Of a stretch of DNA of 60,567 nucleotides, positions 1-8,196 are shown in pieces (the first letter of the stretch is position 1; every line of letters begins with the position of its first letter). This DNA is from Desulfurococcales archaeon (GTDB lineage Archaea; Thermoproteota; Thermoprotei_A; Sulfolobales; NBVN01), in contig JALSOP010000022.1 of the NCBI GenBank assembly GCA_026986435.1, forward strand, positions 1 through 60,567, written 5' to 3'. Under the pieces are notes generated by a model. The model was not told the origin of the DNA and ran no database searches. It worked only from the letters and a program-made list of their open reading frames with translations. Both the position numbers and the translations under genes were made by a program.

Positions 1-96
1 ACACTTCTGCCTCAAGTACTTTCTCTCCATGAACGGCCTAACCCGGAACACATCCCTGCTAACGCTTGAGGGTATCTTCTTGCCCAATTCACGCAC
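1..96 (-). CDS. alaS: alanyl-tRNA synthetase, N-terminal fragment (runs off window start)
   Basis: The minus-strand frame is open from GTG at 96 to the window edge: VRELGKKIPSSVSRDVFRVRPFMERKYLRQKC. The F-x-E-x-x-[FY]-[LV]-R-x-K-C stretch matches my recollection of archaeal AlaRS N-termini (F.E.GF.RK.C.KCG..FW). A TATA-like CTCTAATTTAG lies about 20 nt upstream. Only 32 codons are visible. Confidence 0.35.
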   Translation of the reverse strand, partial: MRELGKKIPSSVSRDVFRVRPFMERKYLRQKC

Positions 97-166
97 CCCG
101 CCTCAACAACTAAATTAGAGCTGACGTTGGGGCTAATTACTGATTAGGAGAAGAAAGGTTGCGGGG

Positions 167-1249
167 CTAGAAGAAGAGGCCCTCGAGACCGGCGCCGAGC
201 TCCTCCTCGCTGACCTCCTCTTTCTCCTCCTCTTCTTCCTCTTCCTTCTCCTCTTCCTCCTTCTTGGGAGCAGCCGCCGGCGCCGGGGCAGCAGCCGCGA
301 CACCGAAGTCGAGGCCTGGCTCCACTGCCTGGAGCGCGGCGGCGAGCGATACAGCCTTGATGTGCGCTAGCTTCAGCACGTCCTCGGCCGTCTCCGGCAC
401 CACGTACCCTGCCTCAGCCGCCAGGGCCAGGGCACGTATGTGCGCCCTCTTTATTACGTCGGGCATCACGTCCGGGAGCGGTAGAGCGGTTTCGATGCTC
501 AGCTCCTTGGCTATGGCCACTGCCCTCATCAGCTCGTCCCGGAACTCGTCTATGTCCAGCTTCAGTTTCTCGCCCGGTATGACCAGGCCTTCATCGATCG
601 CTACCTTTGGCCTCGCCTTCTCTATTATTGTCTTGATCCCGAGCTTTCTTAGGAGTGACGAGAGTTCCGGCCCTATCTCCTCACCGGCCTTAGCTACCCT
701 TGTCTCCTTCTGTATCCAGATGACCCCCTCACGCACCATGGTCTTGACTCTCAGCTTGCCGAAGACCGAGAGCATCGGGCCCGGCGGTATACCCGTTGGT
801 CCCTCAGGCAGGTATATGTCCGCTGGCGCTATCTCGCCGGGTTTGGCGTACCTCAAGAACCCGACCTTCTCTATAAGCATCGCTGCCTCGAATGCGTTGA
901 GGTCGGTGAAGAAGAACGCGTTCGTCCCTGTCAGGTACTTCGCCACCTCGTCAGCGTAGGGGAGGCCCAGCTCCTTCATAGCCCTGAGGACGAGGCTGTT
1001 CTTGTACACCTTTATGACACCGTACTTGCTCAGGGACCTGCGGAGTGCTTTATATGTCTGGTTCCTCACACTCTCGAGGTCTATGATCACTAGTGTGTGA
1101 TACTTCCTCAGATTCTCCTTTATTTCCTCAACAATCTGGGCCTTTCTCTGGATGGCCGGCCTTACTCTCTTCTCAGCTAGCTTAGCCTGCTCCTGTGCCT
1201 GGAGGTAGCGCAGGAGCCTGTCCAGTGCCGCCCGGGTCTTCCACTTCAT
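167..1249 (-). CDS. rplP0: 50S ribosomal stalk protein P0 (uL10)
   Basis: 360 aa with a uL10 N-terminal domain. The diagnostic acidic tail is ...KKEEEEKEEEEEEEKEEVSEEELGAGLEGLFF. It follows L1 and L11 in the canonical order. Confidence 0.95.
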   Translation of the reverse strand: MKWKTRAALDRLLRYLQAQEQAKLAEKRVRPAIQRKAQIVEEIKENLRKYHTLVIIDLESVRNQTYKALRRSLSKYGVIKVYKNSLVLRAMKELGLPYADEVAKYLTGTNAFFFTDLNAFEAAMLIEKVGFLRYAKPGEIAPADIYLPEGPTGIPPGPMLSVFGKLRVKTMVREGVIWIQKETRVAKAGEEIGPELSSLLRKLGIKTIIEKARPKVAIDEGLVIPGEKLKLDIDEFRDELMRAVAIAKELSIETALPLPDVMPDVIKRAHIRALALAAEAGYVVPETAEDVLKLAHIKAVSLAAALQAVEPGLDFGVAAAAPAPAAAPKKEEEEKEEEEEEEKEEVSEEELGAGLEGLFF

Positions 1250-1255
1250 TCATGC

Positions 1256-1909
1256 TCACCTCTTGGGAGGTGGTAGCACCTCTACTGAGGGTCCCATGGT
1301 TGTCTTGACATAAATCTCGGCGAAGCTCTCGAGCTCCCTCTTCACCTTATTCTTGATAGCATCCAGAACAGTCATTATGTTCTCAGCGAGCTTCTCCGGA
1401 TCCATGTCCTCGGTGCCGACCCTGCACCCTACCCAGGGCTGCTCCTTGTTCCTTAGCCTTATGCTCCTCTTGTATCTCTCTATGAACGCCTTTATGTCGG
1501 CGTTTATCGGGACAACAACAGGAGCCTTACCCCTCGGGCCTAGCGCTGGCCCGAGTATCCTGCCGACGTGGCCCATGAGGTCCGCCCTTACGAGAACCCA
1601 GTCGTAGGTTCGCGCGAGTTTCTTTATCTGCCTCTTGTTCATGGCCTTCAGGTCGTCGAGCGTGATAGCGTCAACGCCCGCCTCCCTTGCCTTCAGGAGG
1701 GTGTCGCCGGAGGCAACGACGAGGATCTTAACGTCCTTTCCTAGGCCATGCGGGAGGGTGACGGTCTCCCTGAACCTGCCCTCAGGCGACTTGGGGTTTA
1801 TGCCCGGTAGGACGACTATGAGCTCTATTGACTGCTTGAAGCGCCTGCCCTTACCCAGCTCTATCGCCTTCCTCACCGCGTCAGCTATTACTTCCTTCGC
1901 CAAGGACAT
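1256..1909 (-). CDS. rpl1: 50S ribosomal protein L1 (uL1)
   Basis: 217 aa with a typical uL1 sequence. It lies between L11 and P0. Confidence 0.95.
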   Translation of the reverse strand: MSLAKEVIADAVRKAIELGKGRRFKQSIELIVVLPGINPKSPEGRFRETVTLPHGLGKDVKILVVASGDTLLKAREAGVDAITLDDLKAMNKRQIKKLARTYDWVLVRADLMGHVGRILGPALGPRGKAPVVVPINADIKAFIERYKRSIRLRNKEQPWVGCRVGTEDMDPEKLAENIMTVLDAIKNKVKRELESFAEIYVKTTMGPSVEVLPPPKR

Positions 1910-1924
1910 CAGCTGAGCACCTCC

Positions 1925-2437
1925 TCACTCCTCTTTCCTCCACTCCTCCTCATATTTAAGCAGTAGCTCGTCGTGGAGGCCCTGCTCGACCTCCTTCAGC
2001 ACGTCCCTGGGCTCCTTACCGTTGACTGTGACACCTACTGTCTGGGCGGTGGACAGGACAGTCTTGACAGCCGCCTTCAGTGTCTTAGCTGTTAACTGCT
2101 TCTTTTTCATCAAGGCTATCTTGATCACATCCTCTAGAGAGACGTCACCCACTTTCTGGTGCTCCGGGTCGCCTGAGGGCTTGCTGGCGCCGGCAGCTTT
2201 TATGAGTAGTTCGGATGTCGGCGGGGACTTGACCTCTATGAAGTACTCTTTAGTGTCCGGGTCGACGTATATGTCGACGGTGACCTCCATACCCTCGAAG
2301 TGCTTAGTTAGCTCGTTGAGTTTGTCCACTACCTCCTCGACGTTGAGGCCGAACTGTTGTAGAGCCGGACCTAGAGGTGGTTCGGGAGTCGCCTTACCGC
2401 CCGGTACCCTGATCCTAACAAGCCTGACACCCATCAC
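1925..2437 (-). CDS. rpl11: 50S ribosomal protein L11 (uL11)
   Basis: 170 aa. The N-terminal GGKATPEPPLGPALQQFGLN motif is typical of uL11, and the operon position fits. Confidence 0.95.
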   Translation of the reverse strand: MMGVRLVRIRVPGGKATPEPPLGPALQQFGLNVEEVVDKLNELTKHFEGMEVTVDIYVDPDTKEYFIEVKSPPTSELLIKAAGASKPSGDPEHQKVGDVSLEDVIKIALMKKKQLTAKTLKAAVKTVLSTAQTVGVTVNGKEPRDVLKEVEQGLHDELLLKYEEEWRKEE

Positions 2438-2440
2438 GCA

Positions 2441-2959
2441 TCACCCCTTACTCTTTACTGGACGTATCTGTTCAACGGGGACTTTTAACTCTAGGGGGAA
2501 GGCCGCGTCCAGGATCTCGAGCGTGATCTCCTGCCTAACCCGGTTCACATCAGTTACGCGGGCATGCATACCCCTGAACGGGCCTGAAATAATCTCGACT
2601 ATGTCCCCGGGCTTTATGAGCTCTATGAACGGCTTTGTCTTCACCATCTTCTCGATCTCCTTGAGTTTGAGGACTCCGGGGACCCTGCCCTTGACGTAGC
2701 TGAATCCCTTAACCAGCTCTATGACTGTGTGTATGTTCTTCGCCTCGACCACGATGTACCCCTTTATGTCGGCCGGGACGACTATGGAGTAAACTCCGGG
2801 GTCCTGCCCAGTCTCGAGCAGCTCCTTAACCTTATCCTCTATTACGTAGGCAACTATCTCCTCTTTGCCCGCGACCGTGCGGAGAAGTATAAACTCCCTC
2901 CTCTCCCTTCGCCTTCTCTTCGTCTCCCCCTCAGCCGCCACCTGCACCACCCTGCACAA
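2441..2959 (-). CDS. spt5: transcription elongation factor Spt5 (NusG)
   Basis: NGN domain (LLRTVAGKEEIVAYVIEDK) plus a KOW motif (GDIVEIISGPFRGMHARVTDV). It lies between secE and rpl11. The track start is a TTG that overlaps secE; a GTG at about 2941 is an equally plausible start. Confidence 0.9.
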   Translation of the reverse strand: MCRVVQVAAEGETKRRRRERREFILLRTVAGKEEIVAYVIEDKVKELLETGQDPGVYSIVVPADIKGYIVVEAKNIHTVIELVKGFSYVKGRVPGVLKLKEIEKMVKTKPFIELIKPGDIVEIISGPFRGMHARVTDVNRVRQEITLEILDAAFPLELKVPVEQIRPVKSKG

Positions 2960-3113
2960 AGTAGAAGGCTATGTGTATGGCGAATCCTATGATCCCTGCA
3001 AGGAGTATGCCTCCTAGGGCGATCTTGAGGAAGAGTTTGTAGTCGTCGGGCTCTGGCTTCTCAACGATCGTCAGTATCTTTCTCCATGCTAGGAATAGCT
3101 CGCTGAGGTTCAT
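2931..3113 (-). CDS. secE: protein translocase subunit SecE (Sec61 gamma)
   Basis: 60 aa with a single C-terminal TM helix. It sits in the conserved position immediately upstream of spt5. Confidence 0.8.
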   Translation of the reverse strand: MNLSELFLAWRKILTIVEKPEPDDYKLFLKIALGGILLAGIIGFAIHIAFYFVQGGAGGG

Positions 3114-3131
3114 CTGTCTCCACCTGGCTAT

Positions 3132-4049
3132 CTACCCCTCGCCCAATAACCTATTAAGTATTTCATCTGGGTCGTACGGGAGGATGTCGTCGTATCCCTG
3201 GCCCACACCAACGTACAGTATTGGCTTCCTTATCGTGAGGAGTATGCTCAAGGCCGAGCCGCCCTTGGCATCGGCGTCGAGCTTTGTGAGAATGGCGGCG
3301 TCCACGCCGACTGCCTCGTCAAACCACTTGGCCTGACTGATTGCGTCGTTACCTGTTAGTGCGTCAAGAACCAGGACCTTCATGTGGGGCTTTATCACCC
3401 TGACGATCTTTCTTATCTCCTCCATCAGGTTTCTGTCGGTGTGCATCCTGCCAGCAGTATCTATTAAGACAGCGTCGAGCCTGTTCGCCTCAGCGTACCT
3501 GACGCCGTCCACGGCCACCGCCGCTGGGTCACCTCCGTACTTACCCTTTATGAAGGGGATACTGAGCCTTCTTGCGTGAAGCGCTAGCTGTTCCTGCGCG
3601 CCCGCCCTGAAAGTGTCTGACGCCACGATAACGGGCAGTAACCCATTCCTGCGGAGGAGATTAGCTACCTTAGCTATGGTGGTCGTCTTTCCGACCCCGT
3701 TCACTCCCATGAAGACGACCTTATACGGGCGGGGGCCTTCCTTAACGAGCGCGATGAGGTCTTTCTTGGGCTTACCCTTAGCTAGGAGCTCGCGTAGGGC
3801 CTCCCTTATTCTTTCCTCAACAACTTTCTCGCCTCCCCCGAACCTCGGGAGCTTGAGGCCGACGAGCCTGCTCTTGAGGATCTCCCTGAGCTCCTCCACT
3901 GCGTCATACGCCACGTCCCCTTCAAGGAGCTGTATGCTGAATTCGTCAAAGATCTCGTCAAATTCCTCTTCCGTAAGCTCCTTCGTGGATATTACTTCGG
4001 AGACCTTCTTTGTGAGGCTTTTGAGGGCCTTGCCTATCTTCCCGAACAT
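3132..4049 (-). CDS. ftsY: signal recognition particle receptor FtsY
   Basis: SRP-GTPase NG domain with FMGVNGVGKTTTIAKVA (G1), DTAGR (G3) and TKLDADAKGG (G4). 305 aa. Confidence 0.93.
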   Translation of the reverse strand: MFGKIGKALKSLTKKVSEVISTKELTEEEFDEIFDEFSIQLLEGDVAYDAVEELREILKSRLVGLKLPRFGGGEKVVEERIREALRELLAKGKPKKDLIALVKEGPRPYKVVFMGVNGVGKTTTIAKVANLLRRNGLLPVIVASDTFRAGAQEQLALHARRLSIPFIKGKYGGDPAAVAVDGVRYAEANRLDAVLIDTAGRMHTDRNLMEEIRKIVRVIKPHMKVLVLDALTGNDAISQAKWFDEAVGVDAAILTKLDADAKGGSALSILLTIRKPILYVGVGQGYDDILPYDPDEILNRLLGEG

Positions 4050-4068
4050 GACACCTACCCTGAGCGCT

Positions 4069-4572
4069 TTACTCTCTGGAGGGCCTCTCCTCCTTGCCCT
4101 TAGCTGTTGCTTGCCTCGCCGCTGAGACCACGCTGTTTATGAATGCCTCTAACTCATTTAGTTCTCTGCTAGCTTTCTCGATCTCCTTTTCGATAGACTT
4201 TATGTCGTCCTCGACTCTCTTGGCCTGATCCTCAACAATTCTCTTGGCGATATCAGGCTTAACTTCAGCATAGTACTGGTTACCTATGTAAACAACAACT
4301 GAGTCCCCCTTAACAGGCACCTTGAGCAAGGCCGTCGCTGTAGGGTCAAGGGGCACCATCGCCTCCTCAGGGGGCTTCTCTGAGGCCAGTGACTGAATAA
4401 ATCTTAGGGAAGCCCTCATGTTGCTTAGCTGGGTTTGCTTGCTCAGCGTTAGGTTGAGGAGTTCGTTTATGTAGCTCCGGAGGAGCTCCCTCATGGCGAG
4501 GAGGTCGTTGAGTGATATGCCCCTCGCGCTTTCCTTACTCAATAAACCACCCCTTGATGATGTCGAGGTCAC
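4069..4572 (-). CDS. pfdA: prefoldin alpha subunit
   Basis: Coiled-coil/beta-hairpin/coiled-coil layout. It sits in the conserved archaeal position between LX and ftsY. The start may be the internal Met at about 4494. Confidence 0.8.
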   Translation of the reverse strand: MTSTSSRGGLLSKESARGISLNDLLAMRELLRSYINELLNLTLSKQTQLSNMRASLRFIQSLASEKPPEEAMVPLDPTATALLKVPVKGDSVVVYIGNQYYAEVKPDIAKRIVEDQAKRVEDDIKSIEKEIEKASRELNELEAFINSVVSAARQATAKGKEERPSRE

Positions 4573-4798
4573 GTATGTATTTCTTCTTGGCCTCCTCAGG
4601 CCTTATCTCCTCAACGGAGAGTATGCGTATGTGCGCCCTCTTCAGCTTATGCCTGCTCCCTAAGTCGGAGAACACCTTCTCTACAGCGTCCTCGGGCTTC
4701 ACCGCCCTGACGTCTATGGTGAACGGCTGCCACTCCCTTACGTGGTCCGGACTGAAGAGAGCCACTCCCTTAACCCGGTAAACCTTAACATACCCCAT
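4535..4798 (-). CDS. rplX: 50S ribosomal protein LX (eL20/L18Ae family)
   Basis: 87 aa, MGYVKVYRVKG... It lies in the conserved aIF6-LX-pfdA order. Confidence 0.85.
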   Translation of the reverse strand: MGYVKVYRVKGVALFSPDHVREWQPFTIDVRAVKPEDAVEKVFSDLGSRHKLKRAHIRILSVEEIRPEEAKKKYIRDLDIIKGWFIE

Positions 4799-4804
4799 TC
4801 CTAC

Positions 4805-5473
4805 TCACCCCAGGTTCAGTGCCCTCATTATCCTCATTATCTCCGGGCCCGTCGTCCTCTCGCCGACGAGTGCCCCGACGTTATTGGCTAGCAACCCAGT
4901 CTTAATAAATGCTATGCCGAAGTTGACTGTGCCCGTGTCCACGAACACCCCGAAGAACTTTCTTAGCTCCTCGAGCTCTGCGTCACTAGCGTCTGGGTGA
5001 ATCACGCCGCCCTTCTCGGTAATAACTGCTGCCGAGCCGACTGTGGGGACCCCCGCTATGGTGGCCTTTCTCCAGCGCTCGACGCCGAGGGCTTTCACGA
5101 TCTTCTCGGCGTCTGTATCCGGTACTTCGGGGTGAAGCAATGCAGCCCTATTATTCGAGAGAACTACGTTTCCTAATGCAGTGTAGGTCGTGTCGATGAC
5201 CGAGACTGGTAGGCCAATGTTCCTGAGGTACTCGACCTCTTCCTCCTCGGCTATTCTGGGCACCAGTACCGCCCGATCATTGCCTGCGACGAAGACACCG
5301 ATTAGGGGTGACTTAGCTATCGCGACCTCGAAGACCTCGACAGAGAGAATATCGGCTATCTTCCTCTTGACCCTGCCGTCGATCCCCTTCGGCGCTAGTG
5401 CAAACTTGTTATTGACGAACACGTAGATACCGATATTCGGGTTGCCGAAAATACGTGCTCTCTCAAGTGCCAT
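4805..5473 (-). CDS. eif6: translation initiation factor 6 (aIF6)
   Basis: 222 aa with the pentein repeat pattern (GNPNIGIYVFVNN..., GNVVLSNN..., GLLANN...). Confidence 0.93.
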   Translation of the reverse strand: MALERARIFGNPNIGIYVFVNNKFALAPKGIDGRVKRKIADILSVEVFEVAIAKSPLIGVFVAGNDRAVLVPRIAEEEEVEYLRNIGLPVSVIDTTYTALGNVVLSNNRAALLHPEVPDTDAEKIVKALGVERWRKATIAGVPTVGSAAVITEKGGVIHPDASDAELEELRKFFGVFVDTGTVNFGIAFIKTGLLANNVGALVGERTTGPEIMRIMRALNLG

Positions 5474-5802
5474 CAGCCCTCACCGCTCTCTTCCTTCCCC
5501 ACGCTCTCCTGCTGAATCGGCACCGCCAGACTGACCTTCACGACGAGTGGCTCTGAGGAGACTCGTGCGACCATCACCGCTACGCGCCTAGGCGGCTTAT
5601 CGTAGCGCCTGGAGAAGATGTACTCGTTCACGCTGTTGTCAACGATGACCTTCTCGGCCTTGGTGTGGCGCTGGATGAACTCCCTTATCGTTCTTATAGC
5701 CCTTGGAGCCCTTCTCCTCCTACCGCTCCAGTAAACCCTTGAGAGGTTGATTATGTAGAGACCCTCGGTAACACGGGACTTCCTTTCTTCCTTAGAGGAC
5801 AT
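5473..5802 (-). CDS. rpl31e: 50S ribosomal protein L31e
   Basis: 109 aa containing ...YIINLSRVYWSGRRRRAPRAIRTIREFIQRH... The operon position fits. Confidence 0.92.
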   Translation of the reverse strand: MSSKEERKSRVTEGLYIINLSRVYWSGRRRRAPRAIRTIREFIQRHTKAEKVIVDNSVNEYIFSRRYDKPPRRVAVMVARVSSEPLVVKVSLAVPIQQESVGKEESGEG

Positions 5803-5815
5803 CGTACGTCACCCC

Positions 5816-5974
5816 TCAGACGTTCTTTAGTTTGGTCCTCCTCCAGTGCCTCAGCCTGGGGAGGTACCTGACTCTCCTGAGGGTTTTCATTACGACCCAC
5901 ACCGGGGTTGGTGAGTTAGACTTGCCCGCTTTAGCGAGGCGGATCTTCCTCGCCACATGCTTGTTTCTCGCCAC
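5816..5974 (-). CDS. rpl39e: 50S ribosomal protein L39e
   Basis: It is absent from the ORF track because it is shorter than 60 aa. My own translation from a GTG start gives [52 protein letters not shown] (52 aa). It lies immediately upstream of rpl31e, as in other archaea. Confidence 0.9.
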   Translation of the reverse strand: MARNKHVARKIRLAKAGKSNSPTPVWVVMKTLRRVRYLPRLRHWRRTKLKNV

Positions 5975-5979
5975 CTCAC

Positions 5980-6318
5980 TCACCTCCTCTTAAACACTAT
6001 CCTCGTCTCCCTGTGCATGTATTTCTCATAGATCTCGGCTAAAAGAGCTTTGAGTTCCTCGTCAGTTATCTTCCTGCGGAGGGCGCCGCTAAGGTAGAGA
6101 TTAATCACGTAGTCCTCAACGAGCTTCGCGAGCTGGGGATGAGCGAGCTTCACCCTGTAGAGCCTGTCGTAAGCCTCGGAAGTGAGCGCAGCCCTCAAGA
6201 TCAGCCTCCGCTGCGCTTCGGCCTCCTCCGCTTTCGCTGCCCTAGACTCGGCGGCCTTCTCTTGCAGCTGCGCCGCCTTCTTCTTCAAAAGCTCCTCGAG
6301 TTCGGGGTCGTAACTCAT
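5980..6318 (-). CDS. PDCD5/TFAR19-family DNA-binding protein
   Basis: The sequence from the Met at 6318 is [24 protein letters not shown]...[24 protein letters not shown]. The track ORF extends to 6402, but that part overlaps rps19e. It is a conserved neighbour of S19e and L39e. Confidence 0.8.
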   Translation of the reverse strand: MSYDPELEELLKKKAAQLQEKAAESRAAKAEEAEAQRRLILRAALTSEAYDRLYRVKLAHPQLAKLVEDYVINLYLSGALRRKITDEELKALLAEIYEKYMHRETRIVFKRR

Positions 6319-6325
6319 TCGTCGG

Positions 6326-6787
6326 TCACCCCGCGTACCTCGCCATCTCCGGCATCCTCTCAACGAGCCTGTCGAACACCCTCTTGACGACCTTATCGAC
6401 AAAGGACCTCCCGGCAGGGCTGAGTATCCTCCCCTTGCCCTTAACTGTCTGGACGAGGCCCGCTGCCTCGAGCTGCTGAAGTATCTTCCTTATGTGTGAG
6501 CCCCCTGCCTTGCGGAAGTGCGGAGGCCTTGACCCGCGCTCCTTCCTGCCCCCGTAAATAGTCCTGAACGTGCCTATCCCTATCGGCTCACCGCTTATGT
6601 ACAGCTTCCTCAGTATGCTCGCCGCCCTTACATACCACCAGTCTGGGTCCTCCGGCACCTTCTCCCTATGGCTACCTGTCTTCGCGAACATCGCCCACTC
6701 GGGGGGCTTCACCTGAGGGATTCTCTTCAGCTCCTCCGCTAGCTCGCGTATTAGCTCGTCCGCGGGTACCTCCTTCGCTGTGACCAT
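6326..6787 (-). CDS. rps19e: 30S ribosomal protein S19e
   Basis: 153 aa containing ...WWYVRAASILRKLY...GGRKERGSRPPHFRKAGGSHIRKILQQLE... Confidence 0.93.
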   Translation of the reverse strand: MVTAKEVPADELIRELAEELKRIPQVKPPEWAMFAKTGSHREKVPEDPDWWYVRAASILRKLYISGEPIGIGTFRTIYGGRKERGSRPPHFRKAGGSHIRKILQQLEAAGLVQTVKGKGRILSPAGRSFVDKVVKRVFDRLVERMPEMARYAG

Positions 6788-6857
6788 TACTACCCTACCT
6801 CCTCCGTATCTTGAGCTAGGGGTTTTATAGATATAGATAACGCCAATAACACCTGTG

Positions 6858-6936
6858 TGGTGCGGCGGCCGGGATTTGAACCCGGGATTACCGGCTCGGA
6901 AGGCCGGCGTCCTAGACCAGGCTAGACGACCGCCGC
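6858..6936 (-). tRNA. tRNA-Gly (UCC), CCA encoded
   Basis: Reverse complement is GCGGCGG TC GTCT AGCCTGGTCT AGGAC G CCGGC CTTCCGA GCCGG TAATC CCGGG TTCAAAT CCCGG CCGCCGC ACCA. It forms a full cloverleaf with anticodon loop C-U-UCC-G-A. Confidence 0.92.
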
Positions 6937-7005
6937 CGAGGTTATTAGGTGGTGGAGCTGTTTAAGCTTTAACCCGGCACTCACCCACCTCATGTGGTGG
7001 TTGGG

Positions 7006-7443
7006 ATGAGTAAGTGCCGAGGCTTCAGGTTCTTGGAGCATACGGCGGACGTGTACTTTGAGGCGCGGGGAGAGACTCTCGAGGAGGTGTTTGAGGAGGC
7101 TGCTAAGGCGATGTTCTCTGTGATCACCGACATCAGTAAGGTCGAGAAGAGGGTTAAGAGGAGAATTGAGGGTGAGGGCATAGACCTCTTCAACGCACTG
7201 TATAGGTGGTTGGAGGAGCTGCTGATACTCCACGACGCGGAGGGCCTGGTGTTTTCTGAGTTCCATGTCGAATACGTAAGGGAGGAGGGAGAGGTCGTCA
7301 AGTTCGCTGGTGAGGTGCTGGGGGAGCCGTTTGACGAGAGTAAGCACGTCAAGGGAACGGAGGTCAAGGCTGTAACGTACTCGATGATGGAGATAGGTAA
7401 GGACAACGGGTGCTGGTACGCCAGAGTGGTTCTGGACATCTAG
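7006..7443 (+). CDS. archease (RtcB activator family)
   Basis: MSKCRGFRFLEHTADVYFEARGETLEEVFEEAAKAM... carries the archease signature (F..LEHTAD...). The track ORF starts at a GTG at 6994; the ATG at 7006 is more likely. Confidence 0.88.
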   Translation: MSKCRGFRFLEHTADVYFEARGETLEEVFEEAAKAMFSVITDISKVEKRVKRRIEGEGIDLFNALYRWLEELLILHDAEGLVFSEFHVEYVREEGEVVKFAGEVLGEPFDESKHVKGTEVKAVTYSMMEIGKDNGCWYARVVLDI

Positions 7444-7487
7444 TGCGAGGTAAGCTTAATTAGGGGTCTTCAACCGTTTTTCATTGG

Positions 7488-7564
7488 GCCGCCGTAGCTC
7501 AGCCCGGGAGAGCACCCGGCTGAAGACCGGGGTGTCCGGGGTTCAAATCCCCGCGGCGGCACCA
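7488..7564 (+). tRNA. tRNA-Phe (GAA), CCA encoded
   Basis: GCCGCCG TA GCTC AGCCCGGG AGAGC A CCCGG CTGAAGA CCGGG GTGTC CGGGG TTCAAAT CCCCG CGGCGGC ACCA. Confidence 0.93.
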
Positions 7565-7568
7565 GGGC

Positions 7569-8132
7569 CTACTTCTTCTTCCTCCTACTCAGCACGAAGG
7601 TACCTCCCCTCACGTCCTCGACCCTGGCACCGAGCTTCGCAGCTACTTCCTCGGCCACCTTATCGATATCAAAGTCTTCCCTCCTCCGGAGCGACTTCAG
7701 TACCTTCACCTTAATCACTCCACGATCCTCAAGGAGCCTATCGATCTCTCTCAGTACCCCCTCTGTCACACCCTGCTTACCTATGCGTACGTGGGCCTCG
7801 CCCTGAATCACCTCAACAATCTTTCCCGACCTCTTCTTCCTCGGCATGGGTAACCTACTCACCCAACCACAGAATACGCATCTCCGCACTAATATTACGT
7901 GCTTCCTATCACCCCGGACCCTAACCGTTGCTGAGAGCCCCGGCACGAGGGGTAGGCCGCAGTTCTTGCACACCCACCTCCTGTAGGGCATAGGTTTTCT
8001 CGCCTTTGCTTTAGCTAGGAGACGGAGCCCTATCTCCACGTACCTCCTTGCTCTATCCGGGCGGTTGAGACGGAGTTGTTTCACGGCTTCGGAGTAGAGT
8101 ATTAGGGCCCTCTGGATTGCTAGGTCCCTCAT
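7569..8132 (-). CDS. rnp4: RNase P protein component 4 (Rpp21) fused in frame to a YhbY/CRM-domain RNA-binding protein
   Basis: The N-terminal part is an Rpp21 helical region plus Zn ribbon (WVCKNCGLPLVPG...VRRCVFCGW). The C-terminal part is a YhbY-like domain (AHVRIGKQGVTEGVLREIDRLLEDRGVIKVKVL...RGGTFVLSR). There is no stop codon between them. The track ORF runs to 8222, but that extension overlaps nep1, so the Met at 8132 is preferred. An internal Met at 7847 precedes the YhbY part. Confidence 0.8.
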   Translation of the reverse strand: MRDLAIQRALILYSEAVKQLRLNRPDRARRYVEIGLRLLAKAKARKPMPYRRWVCKNCGLPLVPGLSATVRVRGDRKHVILVRRCVFCGWVSRLPMPRKKRSGKIVEVIQGEAHVRIGKQGVTEGVLREIDRLLEDRGVIKVKVLKSLRRREDFDIDKVAEEVAAKLGARVEDVRGGTFVLSRRKKK

Positions 8133-8196
8133 GCCGCGGCCCGGTCTTTTTCTGGCTATAACTCCCTCCCCAACAAAATGTATGGTGAGGTAGGTA

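Noticed and set aside
185-262. GAG/GAA/CTC-rich simple-sequence tract
   Set aside because: It encodes the poly-Glu/Lys acidic hinge of ribosomal stalk protein P0, which is a normal feature and not a repeat element.
264-959. 231-aa plus-strand ORF, together with similar ones at 2022..2699, 3613..4125, 17250..18026, 17998..18567, 21653..22273, 35294..35980, 36128..36862, 46914..47465 and 57647..58189
   Set aside because: All lie antisense to or overlap confidently identified housekeeping genes, and all have Ser/Pro/Leu/Arg-biased composition. They are artefacts of open antisense frames.
6922-7439. Two minus-strand ORFs of 141 and 149 aa
   Set aside because: They are antisense to archease, whose LEHTAD signature is on the plus strand.
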